Positions 63,419 to 64,000 of a stretch of 64,000 nucleotides of DNA are shown in pieces. Source of the DNA: Candidatus Sumerlaeota bacterium (GTDB lineage: Bacteria; Sumerlaeota; Sumerlaeia; MWCT01; JAUWMI01); assembly GCA_030613245.1 (NCBI GenBank), contig JAUWMI010000019.1:6728-70727 (forward strand), given 5' to 3'. A program made the position numbers and the translations under genes. The notes under the pieces were generated by a model. That model did not search any database and was not told the DNA's origin. It saw only the letters and a list, made by a program, of their open reading frames with translations. Each line of letters starts with the position of its first letter. Position 1 is the first letter of the stretch.

Positions 63419-64000
63419 ATGCTGATGGACCCGCGACAACTCGAGCAGACCATTCAAACGCTTGAGACAGCCCTGCAACAGCAGCCCGAGAACCTGGAGG
63501 CCATGCGCGCCCTGGCTAAGGCGTATTTGCAGCATGGAGACTTCCACCCTCGCGCAGTTCAACTGTACGAACGCATCTCTGATGAAATTCCCGAAGACAT
63601 CACCATTCAACAGGCTCTGAGCATCGGCTACTTGATTCAGCAATCTTCTGAGCTGGCCATCGATGCTCAAGACCCAGCTCGCGTGGATCAGACGGCTGTT
63701 CAGCGCAACATCGCGAAACTGCGGAAGTTTCACAAGCAGTTCCCCGCGTCACCCCAACTTTGCAAAGCCCTGGCTGACCTGCTCCTGTTTGCCGGCCAGA
63801 TTTCTGATTCTATCGAGATGTACAAGGCCGCGCTGGAACGCAGCTACCCGGTCCCGGGCGAGCTGGTCCAGGTTTTCCAATGCGTGGCCACGCACTTTTC
63901 CTTCTCCGCTCAGGAGCTCCTCTTCTTTGCCGAGCTCTACTATAGCTCTGGTCTCTATCCCAGGGCCAAGAAGCTTCTGCGCGCCCTTATTAATAAAGGC
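63419..64000 (+). CDS. TPR-like repeat protein, N-terminal part (3' end outside the window)
   Basis: Frame open from ATG 63419 to the window end (194 codons read by hand, no stop). LEAMRALAKAYLQHGDF..AVQLYERI and IEMYKAALERS are TPR-like. Not in the ORF track because it has no stop. Confidence 0.6.
   Translation, partial: MLMDPRQLEQTIQTLETALQQQPENLEAMRALAKAYLQHGDFHPRAVQLYERISDEIPEDITIQQALSIGYLIQQSSELAIDAQDPARVDQTAVQRNIAKLRKFHKQFPASPQLCKALADLLLFAGQISDSIEMYKAALERSYPVPGELVQVFQCVATHFSFSAQELLFFAELYYSSGLYPRAKKLLRALINKG

Overview
Gene-dense bacterial chromosomal window, probably from an uncultivated lineage or MAG. I recognised no rRNA, tRNA or CRISPR array. All calls come from reading the sequence and the ORF translations; no database search was run. 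The stretch at 6.7-15.2 kb (minus strand) is housekeeping: glyQS, an active plus inactive M16 peptidase pair, aroK-aroC-aroE and a prepilin peptidase. Around it lie exoprotein genes (a 1232-aa internally duplicated beta-helix protein, a 1049-aa FN3 protein, an NlpC/P60 peptidase, two GHL10/DUF187-like genes). Also here are an orphan beta-class DNA methyltransferase, a nucleotidyltransferase/small-protein pair and an AbrB-RelE/ParE toxin-antitoxin pair. The centre (28.6-38.1 kb) is the most unusual part. An hdrA gene appears split by a ~7.6-kb ATA-codon-rich, purine-rich cassette. The cassette carries a HydS-like putative H2 sensor with DRTGG, GHKL-ATPase and PHP partners, plus NuoE/HndB/NuoF-like flavin-module genes. 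The C-terminal two thirds of HdrA are fused in frame to a 2Fe-2S/4Fe-4S subunit. Downstream come an Rrf2-cysH-sat-(tauE remnant)-small sulfite reductase operon and two tandem paralogues with double GspG-like domains. Next are two tandem RAYT (Y1/HUH transposase) genes; their GTAG-headed REP palindromes are scattered through the whole window (at least 11 copies). The rest holds a membrane pyrophosphatase, nadD, a zinc-ribbon membrane protein with 4 x 135-bp coding repeats, and a four-helix-bundle (Avd/23S-IVS family) gene bracketed by inverted CAGTAGA heptamer arrays. The window ends with selB, a glycosyltransferase/terpenoid-cyclase-like fusion flanked by 72-bp direct repeats, and a GAF histidine kinase. 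Several further short repeat families are present.
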